DNA from: a virus
Length of the DNA: 64,000 nucleotides
Reading direction: 5' to 3' (one strand)
IMG/VR virus record: IMGVR_UViG_3300050821_001858
Span: 1 to 64,000 of that record
Shown here: piece after piece, positions 41,630 through 51,808 of the stretch
How the letters are laid out: each line of letters starts with the position of its first letter
How positions within the stretch are numbered: position 1 is the stretch's first letter
Program-made: the position numbers and the translations under genes
The notes under the pieces: generated by a model
Database searches by the model: none
What the model was told of the DNA's origin: nothing
What the model saw: the letters and a program-made list of their open reading frames with translations, nothing else

Positions 41630-42532
41630 ATGACACTTTGGGGAGCAAATGGAGCAGCATCTAGTAATTCAGTCAAATGGGCGGCTGAATCGATTGATGT
41701 TGCATCTGGACACGCTAATATAGTTAGCAACAACACGGCTTTGTATCAGAATACTACCCCTGGTGGATTTCCGTCTGGTCGTAATGCTGGTGCACCGACT
41801 ATTGGACAGTTTGGGGCATCAAAGACCCAGATTAATGCCAAGACAACCAATACCTCTTCGGAAGGTGGTAAAATCACTATTCCAGGCTGGCATTTACGTC
41901 GAGCCGGTGAAGGTGGTATTCAAACTGCACCGACCGGAGCAAATGGTGTATTCACAAATGGTGAATTTATTATCGTTTCGGGTGGTACTGCAAACGGTCG
42001 TTTGTCAGTAACTACAAACTCTCAGGGTAATCTAGTTTCGACTAGCCTTGTAACTCCGGGTTTGTTCGCAAACACTTCGTCCATGGTATTCACTTTTGAG
42101 CGTGATCAACACTTGGGTTCTCCGGGTGTTGCTGTTACTGCACCGGGTGGTGCTTATACCAACGGTGATGTTCTTACTGTAGCAAACGGTTTTGTTAACG
42201 CAGTATATGTTCTTACAACTAATGCTGCTGGTAACATTGCATCTTTAGCTGTTAATGCTGCTGCATCGGGTCCGGGTGGGGCTGGTCTATGGGGTAATGC
42301 GGGTTCCTTTGGTGGAACTGGTAACCTTGTATTCAGTATTGCCAACTCGACTGGTGGAGCATCGCTTGGTACGGGTGCAACATTTACTGGTAATCTTCAG
42401 ACTTCGACTGGTGGAGCGATTAATGCATCGTCTACCGTTCTAGGTGGTCGTGCTGGTCGTGTTCATTATGAAGCTTTGGCAGTTGTGAAGGGTCTAGCAA
42501 ACGGAACTTCTGCACAATTACCTAACACATAA
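41630..42532 (+). CDS. Gly/Ala/Thr/Asn-rich virion protein
   Basis: MTLWG start, GW..R..G, GRAGRV.YE.L end. Confidence 0.65.
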   Translation: MTLWGANGAASSNSVKWAAESIDVASGHANIVSNNTALYQNTTPGGFPSGRNAGAPTIGQFGASKTQINAKTTNTSSEGGKITIPGWHLRRAGEGGIQTAPTGANGVFTNGEFIIVSGGTANGRLSVTTNSQGNLVSTSLVTPGLFANTSSMVFTFERDQHLGSPGVAVTAPGGAYTNGDVLTVANGFVNAVYVLTTNAAGNIASLAVNAAASGPGGAGLWGNAGSFGGTGNLVFSIANSTGGASLGTGATFTGNLQTSTGGAINASSTVLGGRAGRVHYEALAVVKGLANGTSAQLPNT

Positions 42533-42562
42533 TTGTAAATATACAACGGAAAGTGATTGTAA

Positions 42563-42850
42563 ATGGTAGCAGAAGCCAAAGCAGTTCCAGATTTGCCTGC
42601 TAAGAGTACAGCGGCAAATACTGATAGAATAGTGTTTCTTTCTAATGCCGCTTCTAATGGGGGTAATGTATCGACCATTACCCTTTCCTTTTTGACTGGT
42701 AATTCATCATTATTCAATGTGGGTGTAACCGATCCAGCTAATTCAGCTTCTTGGTCCGGTCCTCCGGGGGTTTTGTTTTTCAGTAACACTTACGGCTATG
42801 TGTCCATTGCAAACAATTATCTTTTGAGGTTCCCCATCTCGACGTTTTAA
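42563..42850 (+). CDS. Hypothetical structural protein
   Basis: ORF in late cluster. Confidence 0.5.
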   Translation: MVAEAKAVPDLPAKSTAANTDRIVFLSNAASNGGNVSTITLSFLTGNSSLFNVGVTDPANSASWSGPPGVLFFSNTYGYVSIANNYLLRFPISTF

Positions 42851-42859
42851 GGGGATTAG

Positions 42860-43246
42860 ATGGAAGTTCTTACTGAAAAAAATTTGATCCTTTATGCTGC
42901 CAAGAACTACCGAAATCCCTCGTGTCGCGATACTGAAGAATTCTACGAGGATATACGGCGAATCAAGTACATTAAGAAGCTGATTACACGTTATGTGGAG
43001 TCGGGTATTCTGAAAGAACGTCTAATACTCAATCATCTTATAGTTCTTTCAAACGTCTTCCCCCCCGAGGTATTATGTCGTATTTTATACCTCAAAATGA
43101 AACCTCAAATCAAATATTTGAAACCTTTCTTGTTATTTCTTAATGTTTTAACTGATAGGATTAAAAACATTGAAGAAGTAAATAGTACTGACACATCACT
43201 ATTTCCTATGGATGAAACGATACTAGAAAAGTTGAGGCAAATATGA
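42860..43246 (+). CDS. Conserved T4-like hypothetical protein
   Basis: YAAKNY.NP.C...EEFYED..RIKYIK.L, L.ERLILNHLIVL.NVF. Confidence 0.75.
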   Translation: MEVLTEKNLILYAAKNYRNPSCRDTEEFYEDIRRIKYIKKLITRYVESGILKERLILNHLIVLSNVFPPEVLCRILYLKMKPQIKYLKPFLLFLNVLTDRIKNIEEVNSTDTSLFPMDETILEKLRQI

Positions 43247-43422
43247 GCAAAAAGGAACTTAAAGAAGACGCCCCAACGAATGCCCTTGGCGCATCATCTT
43301 CGACGCCTGGAACTGGCGCAATCGATACCTACGATCCGATTTTATTTCAACATAAGAAAATAGTGCGTAGAATTGTTGGCGTTTGGAAGGGTAAAAAAGA
43401 TGATCGAGGAATTCGAAGATAA
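43243..43422 (+). CDS. 59-aa protein resembling the mature gp23 N-terminus (not in ORF track)
   Basis: ATGA-coupled, GAGG RBS; LKEDAPTNALGASSSTPGTGAIDTYDPIL is 20/29 identical to gp23. Confidence 0.8.
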   Translation: MSKKELKEDAPTNALGASSSTPGTGAIDTYDPILFQHKKIVRRIVGVWKGKKDDRGIRR

Positions 43423-43762
43423 AACCTCCTTGGTCAAGGTTGAGAGCCCTTATATCTCCTTAGCCAGAATCGAGGAACGAATTAAAAATTTACAGCTTCT
43501 TGTTGAAAGGGATCGCCTTGAATCGACTAGGCACAATGCTGAGTTGAAAGATGACATCATTAAGATTGTAGAAGATTTCAAAAAGGATATGGTTTCTCGG
43601 GCAGATGATAATAAAAAGGAGATGGTTACTCGGGCTGAATTTGAACCAGTCAAAAAGATTGTTTATGGGATTGCTGGTTTTTTGATGTTAGGTATTGGTG
43701 GTTTGATAATGTCATTCGTTACAAAAGGATTATTATTGGCTCCCATAATTGGGGGGCATTAA
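43400..43762 (+). CDS. Coiled-coil protein with C-terminal TM (holin-like?)
   Basis: Coiled coil then single hydrophobic helix. Confidence 0.5.
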   Translation: MIEEFEDKTSLVKVESPYISLARIEERIKNLQLLVERDRLESTRHNAELKDDIIKIVEDFKKDMVSRADDNKKEMVTRAEFEPVKKIVYGIAGFLMLGIGGLIMSFVTKGLLLAPIIGGH

Positions 43763-44221
43763 ATGAGAAGGTTCTTTGCGAATTTAATTCTAATACCGTT
43801 GTATATTTTTCTCGCTGTTCTCTTTTATTGGATGGCTGAATCACGATTTACATTTCCGACGCGCGTAGAATCACATAGTATTTTAACACCTGAAGTAGCG
43901 GCTGGTCAGAACCTTCATTTTGAAACAAAATTTTTTCGTTTGGCATCTTGTCGAGTTAGTCGTTCTCAGTTTTTATTGAATGGAGACAGACAAATTCGAT
44001 TGCATAACGAGGAATATTATATTGAAGCAGACGTTTCAATATTAGATGTTCAAAATCTTGTACATATACCTAAAGATGTTGAACCCGGGTTGTATGAATT
44101 TTATGTGCAAACAACATATTTCTGTAATCCAACTGATTATATTATGACGAGAACTCGTACCATTGATTATGGACGGGTTACTGTATTACCTTATAACGCA
44201 GACCACAAAAGACCTGAGTAG
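43763..44221 (+). CDS. Membrane-anchored protein, paralog A
   Basis: N-terminal TM; shares PLY.FL...FYW..ES...FP, GQNL, QTTYFCNP.DY with next ORF. Confidence 0.7.
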   Translation: MRRFFANLILIPLYIFLAVLFYWMAESRFTFPTRVESHSILTPEVAAGQNLHFETKFFRLASCRVSRSQFLLNGDRQIRLHNEEYYIEADVSILDVQNLVHIPKDVEPGLYEFYVQTTYFCNPTDYIMTRTRTIDYGRVTVLPYNADHKRPE

Positions 44222-44230
44222 TTCTAAATA

Positions 44231-44770
44231 ATGGAACCAGATATGAATAAGAACCTGATACAGAGATTATATCCATGGTTGCTTTTAGCCCCTCTATATT
44301 TGTTTTTGGGGTTGATGTTTTATTGGTTAGTTGAATCCAAAACTACTTTTCCTTCTTCGGTTATATCCAAAAGGGTGTTAAACCCAGAACTTCATTCAGG
44401 ACAGAACCTTTTTACGGAAGGTGTGTTCAAGAGAGATACACAATGTCGAATTAATCGTATTCATACCTTAGTCAATGATTTTCGACAAATTCGAGTTGGA
44501 AATGATGATTATTATATCTATCCTGATAATCTTCCAATTGCTATACAAAATGTTATTAACATTCCTATTGACGTACAACCGGGAGAGTATCAATATATAA
44601 TTCAGACGACTTATTTCTGTAATCCAATGGATTATTTGATAGGTAGACATCGTGATGTGCCTTATGGTAAAGTTACGATCCTTCCTCCGGTGACAACAAC
44701 ACCACAACCTGTGGTACCCGCTCCGGTGAATCCACCCGTAAAGGGAACGAACACTCAACAGCGAAAATGA
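44231..44770 (+). CDS. Membrane-anchored protein, paralog B
   Basis: Tandem paralog of 43763..44221. Confidence 0.7.
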   Translation: MEPDMNKNLIQRLYPWLLLAPLYLFLGLMFYWLVESKTTFPSSVISKRVLNPELHSGQNLFTEGVFKRDTQCRINRIHTLVNDFRQIRVGNDDYYIYPDNLPIAIQNVINIPIDVQPGEYQYIIQTTYFCNPMDYLIGRHRDVPYGKVTILPPVTTTPQPVVPAPVNPPVKGTNTQQRK

Positions 44771-44807
44771 TGTTGACAGGTCGAAGGTTTTAGGGCATAA
44801 TTACCGA

Positions 44808-45839
44808 ATGGGTTGGCTTGAGACAAAATATGCCTTGATGTTGTCGTCAAGGCTTAGAAATTTCAAACAAAAATCCGGTGCTCTTCTTGAATTTTCGTGT
44901 CCTTTCTGTGGGGATTCGCAAACCAACAAGCGCCGTACCCGCGGTTATCTCTATGAAAAAGATGGAGAAATGCACTTCTACTGTCACAATGCTTGTGGTG
45001 GCATGGGTTTTACTAACTTCTTGAATCGAATGGATGTTCAACTTTGCATTGAGTACAAATTGGAACGTTTGAAAGAAGAAGGTAGACCGGCTCCTGATTA
45101 TAAGAAGTTTATTGCTAAACCTACGTTTGATGTACATCAAGCTACTAAGGATTTTGAGAAGCTTCCAACGATTTCCTCTTTGCCTTGGAATCATCCTGCT
45201 AAGGTTTACATACAGGATCGAAAGATTCCAAATTATTGGCACTCTCAAATTCGATGGGCTAAACTATTTCAGACATGGGTAAACGAGTATATGCTTCCGG
45301 GAAAGTATGAAGATGTGAGCATGGATGAAGGTCGATTGGTCATCCCTTTCATGAATGAAAAGAACAAAGTCTTTGCTTATCTTGGACGTGCTATCTCGAA
45401 TAATTCTGTACGTTATATGTTGAATGTTTTAGAGCACTCAGAACCTCTAATCTGGGGGCGAAATTATGTGAAGCTTCATAAGCGTAAGTATAAGGTACCA
45501 GTGACCGAGGGTCCAATCGATGCTATGTTTCTTTATGGTATGGCGATGAATGGAGGTAATTTCGCCCCCCTTCTTGATTTAGCTGAGCGGGACAAGTTTG
45601 TTCTTGTCTATGATAACGAACCTCGTTCCAAAGACACTCGTAAGAAAATGCTTCATGCTATAGAGAATAATTTTCCTATTTGTATTTGGCCAGATAATAT
45701 TGAATATAAAGACATTAACAAGATGGTTCTTGAAGGGTATTCGGTAGATCACATTTGGTCTATTATTGAAAAGAATACTTTCCAAGGTACGGTCGCAAAA
45801 TTAAAATTGCAACATTTCAGCAAAGTGGGATTGACATGA
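44808..45839 (+). CDS. 61: DNA primase gp61
   Basis: CPFCGDS, CHN.C, RLVIPF, TEGPIDAMF, VYDNEPR, KDIN.M. Confidence 0.95.
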   Translation: MGWLETKYALMLSSRLRNFKQKSGALLEFSCPFCGDSQTNKRRTRGYLYEKDGEMHFYCHNACGGMGFTNFLNRMDVQLCIEYKLERLKEEGRPAPDYKKFIAKPTFDVHQATKDFEKLPTISSLPWNHPAKVYIQDRKIPNYWHSQIRWAKLFQTWVNEYMLPGKYEDVSMDEGRLVIPFMNEKNKVFAYLGRAISNNSVRYMLNVLEHSEPLIWGRNYVKLHKRKYKVPVTEGPIDAMFLYGMAMNGGNFAPLLDLAERDKFVLVYDNEPRSKDTRKKMLHAIENNFPICIWPDNIEYKDINKMVLEGYSVDHIWSIIEKNTFQGTVAKLKLQHFSKVGLT

Positions 45840-46114
45840 TCGGAATTTTAGTATATTGTGCGTTCTTCGTTGTCACCGGGTTTGTTTTGACCCTGTGGTT
45901 TGAAAAGAGTTCTACGGATAAAAGAGCGTGGCTTAAAGAGGAAGGTGATACAGCTTTTTGGTTGTTCACCGTTGTCTTTATAGCATGTGTTTTTATCGAT
46001 CCTTGGGTATCACAAGCACTGGTAAGTCTTTTCGTCGGTTATATGACAAGGCTGTATTGGGTTTTGGTTCAACTAGATAATGGAGAAAATGATGACTTTG
46101 AAGCAGAAGAGTGA
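45836..46114 (+). CDS. Membrane protein
   Basis: Three hydrophobic segments. Confidence 0.5.
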   Translation: MIGILVYCAFFVVTGFVLTLWFEKSSTDKRAWLKEEGDTAFWLFTVVFIACVFIDPWVSQALVSLFVGYMTRLYWVLVQLDNGENDDFEAEE

Positions 46115-46745
46115 ATATAATATTGGTGAAAAGGTTGTTATCTTTTGTAACAACGTGGAAACCGATGGCATCGTTGCTGACGTGAAATATGATCTTGGAA
46201 GTGAGGTTCAATATATCATTCACATTGCAATAGACTGTTATGAGTGCCGTCCGGGTGAGTATGTTTGGATGGATGAGGAAAAGGAAACAAACGACAAGGA
46301 TGCCAAGATCGAAGCCCTTCTTGCTGATCTTGACGATATTTTTGATGAGTTGACCGATTTGTCAACTCCCGGTCATCCGGTTATTCCGTTCATGTTTTTG
46401 GGTATCATCAACGGTGATCGCTTGGATTTCCACACCCTCACTCCCGACGAAGGTGAATCCTTTGAAATTGGGGACGAAAACGAGGTTGATTTCTCGGCAG
46501 CGAAGGGTCTTCCGGTTTTGAGTGATATTGGACTGTATCACCCCGATGACCAGCCTGTGACTGACGAGGATGATCTTCCTCCTACGTGCGCTGATTATCC
46601 TGATTGCGTATGTGGACAGATGGATATTGCTCTTTATGGGGCACCACTCGAAGTGAAGTCTACGGAACGTGCTGACGATAAGCCTGAGGCTGAAAGTTCG
46701 ACACTCGGTGATATTCTTGACGCTGTGTTGAAGAACAAGAAGTAA
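46080..46745 (+). CDS. Acidic hypothetical protein
   Basis: Open frame, terminator downstream. Confidence 0.55.
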   Translation: MEKMMTLKQKSEYNIGEKVVIFCNNVETDGIVADVKYDLGSEVQYIIHIAIDCYECRPGEYVWMDEEKETNDKDAKIEALLADLDDIFDELTDLSTPGHPVIPFMFLGIINGDRLDFHTLTPDEGESFEIGDENEVDFSAAKGLPVLSDIGLYHPDDQPVTDEDDLPPTCADYPDCVCGQMDIALYGAPLEVKSTERADDKPEAESSTLGDILDAVLKNKK

Positions 46746-46891
46746 GGTGCGGTCCAGACACCATGCCCGACACCTTTCGGGGTGTCGGGTTTTTCCTTTG
46801 GAACGTTAGGGAATATCTCCGATAAGTTGGCGCGTCCATCATGACTTGCCTGAGGCTAACGGTAGGGCATTTAAGAACAAAGGATGAACAT

Positions 46892-47119
46892 ATGTCGCAT
46901 CATGTACAATGTCATTTAACAGACGAAAAGAAAGAAGTTCATTATCATTGTTGGCTTCCCGAAGATTATGCAATACCGGGAAAATCAATAGAAGTTAAAA
47001 TGGATGACGGGGAATGGCACCCATTTATTGTAGAGAATGCTTGGACACGTCTCCCCACTCCTGTTGTACGAGAGCGATCTCAGGATTATAAGAAAACAAG
47101 GAAAGCTAGTGACATATAA
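46892..47119 (+). CDS. Hypothetical protein
   Basis: QC.L, WLP..YA..G, ERS.DYK..RKASDI. Confidence 0.55.
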   Translation: MSHHVQCHLTDEKKEVHYHCWLPEDYAIPGKSIEVKMDDGEWHPFIVENAWTRLPTPVVRERSQDYKKTRKASDI

Positions 47120-47319
47120 TATATACATACAAACAAATGATGATGCTTTTTTCTGTGTTAAGAAGGATGGAGAGATATTAGATTATTCAGATTATCACGA
47201 GGCTGTTGAATATGCTAAGAACATATTCGAAATGTATTTTGGTACTGGTTGGCAACCTCGAAAAGTAACAATTACAATCGAAAAAAAAGATTGGAAAGAA
47301 ACTAGAAAAAGAGGGTGGA

Positions 47320-48153
47320 ATGACAATAGAAATAAAAGGAATCAAGGATAGTATAAGTCCTGATGAAGTTAGAATAACAACGTTTCAATTGAGGTATCCT
47401 CGATTTATTCACGCTGAGTTTATGACGCATCGTGTGTTTTCACGTAATGCGTCTTCTTCGCGTGCGATCCCAATCAAGAAACAGATTGAAGCCATTATTA
47501 AAGACCCGGCTATTCCTATGCATTGGGGTAAAAACCAAAAGGGAATGCAAGCTGAGTTTGAATGTAATGAAGCTGTGAGGATTGCCGGATTGGATTTTAC
47601 CAATCGTGATGCGTGGCTCTATGCCATGGAAAAAGCAATCGAAATTGCTGAAGCATTTGACAGAGCCGGTTATCACAAACAGATTGTGAACCGACTCCTT
47701 GAACCATTTTCCCATATTAATGTGCTGTGCACTTCGACTACTTATTCGAATTTTATTGCTTTGCGTAATCACAAAGATGCAATGCATGAAATGCAGGTAA
47801 TTGGAGCGACGTTCGCCGAATATCTCAAAGAACCCCCACAGCAAGTTTTGGCACAAGGGAAGTGGCATTTACCATATGTTGATACGACGGATGGGGAGTT
47901 TGTTAAACAGTCGGTAGCTAGATCGGCTCGCCTTTCATATCTTACATTTGATATGAAGGAATCGACCCTGGATGATGATTTGCTTCTTTATGACAAACTG
48001 GTAGGTTCACATCCTATTCATGCATCACCGGCTGAGCATCAAGCAACACCCGACTATAAGTTGCAAAATGGTAATTGGCTCAACCCTAGCAAGCATGGTA
48101 ACCTTACGGGTTATATCCAGTATCGTAAGTTATTGGTCGGAGAATCTTTATGA
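47320..48153 (+). CDS. thyX: Flavin-dependent thymidylate synthase ThyX-like
   Basis: YPRFIHAEFMTHRVFSRNASSSRAIP, HKQIVNRLLEPF, SVARSAR.SY, HASP.EH. Confidence 0.85.
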   Translation: MTIEIKGIKDSISPDEVRITTFQLRYPRFIHAEFMTHRVFSRNASSSRAIPIKKQIEAIIKDPAIPMHWGKNQKGMQAEFECNEAVRIAGLDFTNRDAWLYAMEKAIEIAEAFDRAGYHKQIVNRLLEPFSHINVLCTSTTYSNFIALRNHKDAMHEMQVIGATFAEYLKEPPQQVLAQGKWHLPYVDTTDGEFVKQSVARSARLSYLTFDMKESTLDDDLLLYDKLVGSHPIHASPAEHQATPDYKLQNGNWLNPSKHGNLTGYIQYRKLLVGESL

Positions 48154-48447
48154 AAAAATTTGAATATCTATTACGTTATGTTGAATTGCGTCAACCTGTA
48201 ACTTCAGTCAAAACTTTGAATGGGTTGGGTCAAGAAGGATGGGAATTAATTGCGATCCTTCACGATATCGGCTATTTTAAAAGGGAACTTGTAGAAAGTT
48301 ATGAACCTCTTGCGGTTCTGAACGAAGACTACTAACGATAAATAAATTCAATAACTAGTTCTCCCAATATCCTAAGCTAACGTGTAGCGCACGGAGCAAT
48401 TTTGTGCGTGCATGGTCTATTATTGTCTAAAAAGGAAGAAGAAGAAA

Positions 48448-50481
48448 ATGCTCGTAAAAACTAAAGAGGCTTTATTAAATGATGTTTCTACCGGAACCGT
48501 GCCGCAGGCTTTTATCAATTCAGGAAGATATTTTGAAACACTTTTTCAAGAATACGTTTATGTATCCCGGTATTCGAGATTTGTACACGAGTTGGGACGA
48601 CGAGAATCGTGGAGTGAGACAGTTACAAGGTATTTTGACTTCTATACCACTCATCTTCGCGAAAGATGTGGATATGAATTATCCGCCGTTCTGAGAAATG
48701 AATTGGAACAGGCTGTTTTGAACCTTGAGGTTATGCCTTCAATGCGTTGTCTTATGAGTGCAGGACCAGCACTTGTACGTGACGAAATGGCTGGTTTTAA
48801 TTGTTCCTATGCTACTGTTGATAATCCTAAGGTATTTGCCGACATTCTATATATTTTGATGGTTGGAACTGGTGTCGGTTTTTCGGTTGAGCGTCAATAT
48901 GTAAATAAGTTACCGGAAGTTCCCGAAGAGTTGTATCCAACTGATACAACCATTGTAATTGCTGATTCCAAGATCGGATGGGCAAAGGGATTAAATGAGT
49001 TAATTTCTATTCTGTATACCGGTTGTATCCCCAAGGTGGATTATTCCAGGGTGCGCCCGGCTGGCTCGGTATTAAAGACCTTCGGAGGGCGCGCTTCTGG
49101 TCCTGAGCCTCTTAAGCGTTGTTTTGATTATATCGTTTCGACGTTTAAAGAGGCAAAGGGTCGTAAGCTTACGTCTCTTGAATGTCATGATATGGTTTGT
49201 ATGATAGGAGAATGTGTTGTATCTGGTGGTGTTAGGCGTTCTGCTACTATTTCTTTGTCTAATTTGTCTGATGATCGTATGCGTACAGCTAAGTCGGGTC
49301 AATGGTGGAATACAACGCCTTGGCGATCACTTGCAAACAATTCGGCAGTATATAATGATCGAAGACCCTCCATGGACGTGTTCATGTCGGAATGGTTTTC
49401 CCTGCATGCCTCCAAGTCAGGAGAAAGAGGCATCTTCTCAAGGTTCGCAGCTAAAAATGTCATCGAACGATCAAACGCTTTTAGAAAAGAATTCTGTGGT
49501 GATATCGAAGGTATCCGATATCGAGATGTTGACTTCGAATGGGGGTGCAATCCGTGTTCGGAAATAATTCTTAGACCAAACGAAGTCTGTAATCTAACAG
49601 AAATCGTTGTACGTGAAAATGATACTTTAGAGACGTTGCTTCGTAAGGCTCGAATTGCATCGATCCTTGGGACGTTTCAGGCAACTCTAACTCATTATCG
49701 TTTTCTTTCCAAGAAATGGCAACATAATGCTGAAGAGGAAAGATTGCTTGGTGTATCTTTGACAGGTATTATGGATAATCCAGTATTGGCGGGTGAAAAT
49801 GTCGATAAACTTAAGGATTGGCTTACTCAGATGCGAAGGGAAGTTATTAAAACTAATGTTGAGATCGCTAGCGACCTTAATATACCTTCTAGTACTGCAA
49901 GTACATGTATCAAACCTAGCGGAACCGTGTCTTCGCTTGTCGATTCTGCTGCTGGAATACACGGTCGTCATTCCCCTTATTATCTTAGGACAATTAGGTC
50001 TGATAAGAAAGACCCATGTGCACAAGTCATGATCGATGCTGGTGTTCCTTATGAGGATGATATTATGCGTCCTGATCATAATATGGTATTCACCTTCCCT
50101 ATGAAGAGCCCCCTAAGTTCTAAGAAGAGAGAGAATGCAACAGCTATTGATCAATTGAACTTCTGGCTTCTATATCAGATGTATTGGTGTGATCATAAGC
50201 CTTCTGTTACTATTTCAGTAAGGGATGATGAATGGATGGATGTAGGAGCATGGGTATACGCTCACTTTGAATATATGTCAGGTGTTTCGTTCCTTCCTTA
50301 TGCTGATCATGTTTATTCCCAGGCTCCTTATCAAGAGATAACGGAGAAGGAATATCATGAGTGGCAAGCAAAGATGCCTCAAAATATTGACTGGTCCACT
50401 CTGACTAAATATGAGAGTAACGATTTAACAATTGGGTCACAAAACTTCGCTTGTGTTTCAAAAGAAGGATGTGACCTTTAA
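48448..50481 (+). CDS. nrdJ: Class II (B12-dependent) ribonucleotide reductase
   Basis: MPSMR, FNCSY, GTGVGFSVE, GGRASGPEPL, GGVRRSA, NPCSEI, KPSGTVS, C-terminal Cys pair; no beta subunit adjacent. Confidence 0.9.
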   Translation: MLVKTKEALLNDVSTGTVPQAFINSGRYFETLFQEYVYVSRYSRFVHELGRRESWSETVTRYFDFYTTHLRERCGYELSAVLRNELEQAVLNLEVMPSMRCLMSAGPALVRDEMAGFNCSYATVDNPKVFADILYILMVGTGVGFSVERQYVNKLPEVPEELYPTDTTIVIADSKIGWAKGLNELISILYTGCIPKVDYSRVRPAGSVLKTFGGRASGPEPLKRCFDYIVSTFKEAKGRKLTSLECHDMVCMIGECVVSGGVRRSATISLSNLSDDRMRTAKSGQWWNTTPWRSLANNSAVYNDRRPSMDVFMSEWFSLHASKSGERGIFSRFAAKNVIERSNAFRKEFCGDIEGIRYRDVDFEWGCNPCSEIILRPNEVCNLTEIVVRENDTLETLLRKARIASILGTFQATLTHYRFLSKKWQHNAEEERLLGVSLTGIMDNPVLAGENVDKLKDWLTQMRREVIKTNVEIASDLNIPSSTASTCIKPSGTVSSLVDSAAGIHGRHSPYYLRTIRSDKKDPCAQVMIDAGVPYEDDIMRPDHNMVFTFPMKSPLSSKKRENATAIDQLNFWLLYQMYWCDHKPSVTISVRDDEWMDVGAWVYAHFEYMSGVSFLPYADHVYSQAPYQEITEKEYHEWQAKMPQNIDWSTLTKYESNDLTIGSQNFACVSKEGCDL

Positions 50482-50497
50482 TTATAGGGGTCACATT

Positions 50498-51160
50498 ATG
50501 TCTAAAATAGCTTGGCCACACGATGATAATGAAACGTTGATCAAGTTTTATGGAACGCCAGGAATGGTCAAACTAAGAGACTTTGTTCCTCCGTTCCAAA
50601 TGATCGATGCTGACACCAAAAAGCCAGTAAAATCGTTTGAAGTGCACCCCAAGTGTTTTAATGCTTTTGCCCAAGTGTTCCAAGAAATATGGGATAAGTG
50701 TAATCATGATCAGTCAGTTATTGAAAAGTATCATCTTCATCTTTTTGGTGGTTCTTACAATAAACGTCTTGTTCGTGGTTCCACCTCTCATTGGTCTGTT
50801 CATGCTTTTGGTGCTGCCATCGATATTAATCCTGCTGGTGCTCCCATGGCAGTCGATGAGCGACCTACGCAAGAAAATATGCCTGACTTTGCGGTTGAAG
50901 CCTTCAAACGAGCGGGAGCAACCTGGGGTGGAGACTTTCAACATCGCAAGGACTGGATGCACTTCCAATTCGTCTATGAAGGGAAACAGACGTTCTTTGA
51001 ACCTGTAGTAATGCCTGTAAGTAATGTTGTAATTCAATCGAATACTTCAGTATTTTCTAATACTACCAAACATCCTGTAGTTATTAATACTACTCCTATT
51101 CCTATAGAATCCCCTAGTATCTTTGACAACCTTCTCGATAAACTTAAGCACATATTGTGA
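50498..51160 (+). CDS. M15-family peptidoglycan peptidase (endolysin)
   Basis: R..RG....S.HAFGAAIDIN, WGGDF, D.MHFQ. Confidence 0.88.
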   Translation: MSKIAWPHDDNETLIKFYGTPGMVKLRDFVPPFQMIDADTKKPVKSFEVHPKCFNAFAQVFQEIWDKCNHDQSVIEKYHLHLFGGSYNKRLVRGSTSHWSVHAFGAAIDINPAGAPMAVDERPTQENMPDFAVEAFKRAGATWGGDFQHRKDWMHFQFVYEGKQTFFEPVVMPVSNVVIQSNTSVFSNTTKHPVVINTTPIPIESPSIFDNLLDKLKHIL

Positions 51161-51167
51161 GGCTTGT

Positions 51168-51578
51168 ATGACCATAACCTTTACTGGAAAACACATCACT
51201 TGGTTCCTTCCGAAGCCTTATAAGTGGGTTGACAGTAAGGGCTATCAATGGTATGATCGGGGGGCGTTTAATAATGGGGAAGGTCCCAACGCTTCGGGAC
51301 TGCCTTTCGAGACACCGGGTTTTGCGTTCCATAATGAGAACCATACGCTTGGGGGTTGGTGGCAAATTGATATTCCTGATATTAAAAAAAGGATTATAAC
51401 CCGACAGACTGACATTGGTCCTCGTAAGCCTGTTATTGATTTAAATGCGATGCTTGCATTTGAATTATTTGGGACTGAAATGAAGGCTGATGCTAATGAT
51501 AACCATCAATGGACTATAACCTATCTTGGAAAGCAATTGCCTAATAATGTAAAAGAAGGAATAACTGATCTTGATTAA
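51168..51578 (+). CDS. RlpA-like double-psi beta-barrel protein
   Basis: NASG, TDIGP, VIDL...A..LF. Confidence 0.5.
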   Translation: MTITFTGKHITWFLPKPYKWVDSKGYQWYDRGAFNNGEGPNASGLPFETPGFAFHNENHTLGGWWQIDIPDIKKRIITRQTDIGPRKPVIDLNAMLAFELFGTEMKADANDNHQWTITYLGKQLPNNVKEGITDLD

Positions 51579-51801
51579 TTATCTTCGTAATTCAAATGTG
51601 AAAATATCTATTGATCTAAATCCGTTCTATTGGAGATTTCATTTTGATAGGATACTTCCTTCTCAATATGATCCATATTTACGTGTTTGGTGGTGTCAAC
51701 TTTTGTTCTTAAACTTGTGGATGGTAATAGATAATGGCAAGATCGTTTTGGACCCCCTTGAACAGATTGAAGTCAAAGAGGAAGAGGAAGATCATCCATA
51801 A
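51571..51801 (+). CDS. Hypothetical protein
   Basis: LNPFYW, IDNG. Confidence 0.5.
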   Translation: MINYLRNSNVKISIDLNPFYWRFHFDRILPSQYDPYLRVWWCQLLFLNLWMVIDNGKIVLDPLEQIEVKEEEEDHP

Positions 51802-51808
51802 ATACTGG

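Noticed and set aside
31636-50481. Introns or inteins in gp43, gp41, nrdJ
   Set aside because: ORFs are continuous and of normal length, with no splicing motifs seen.
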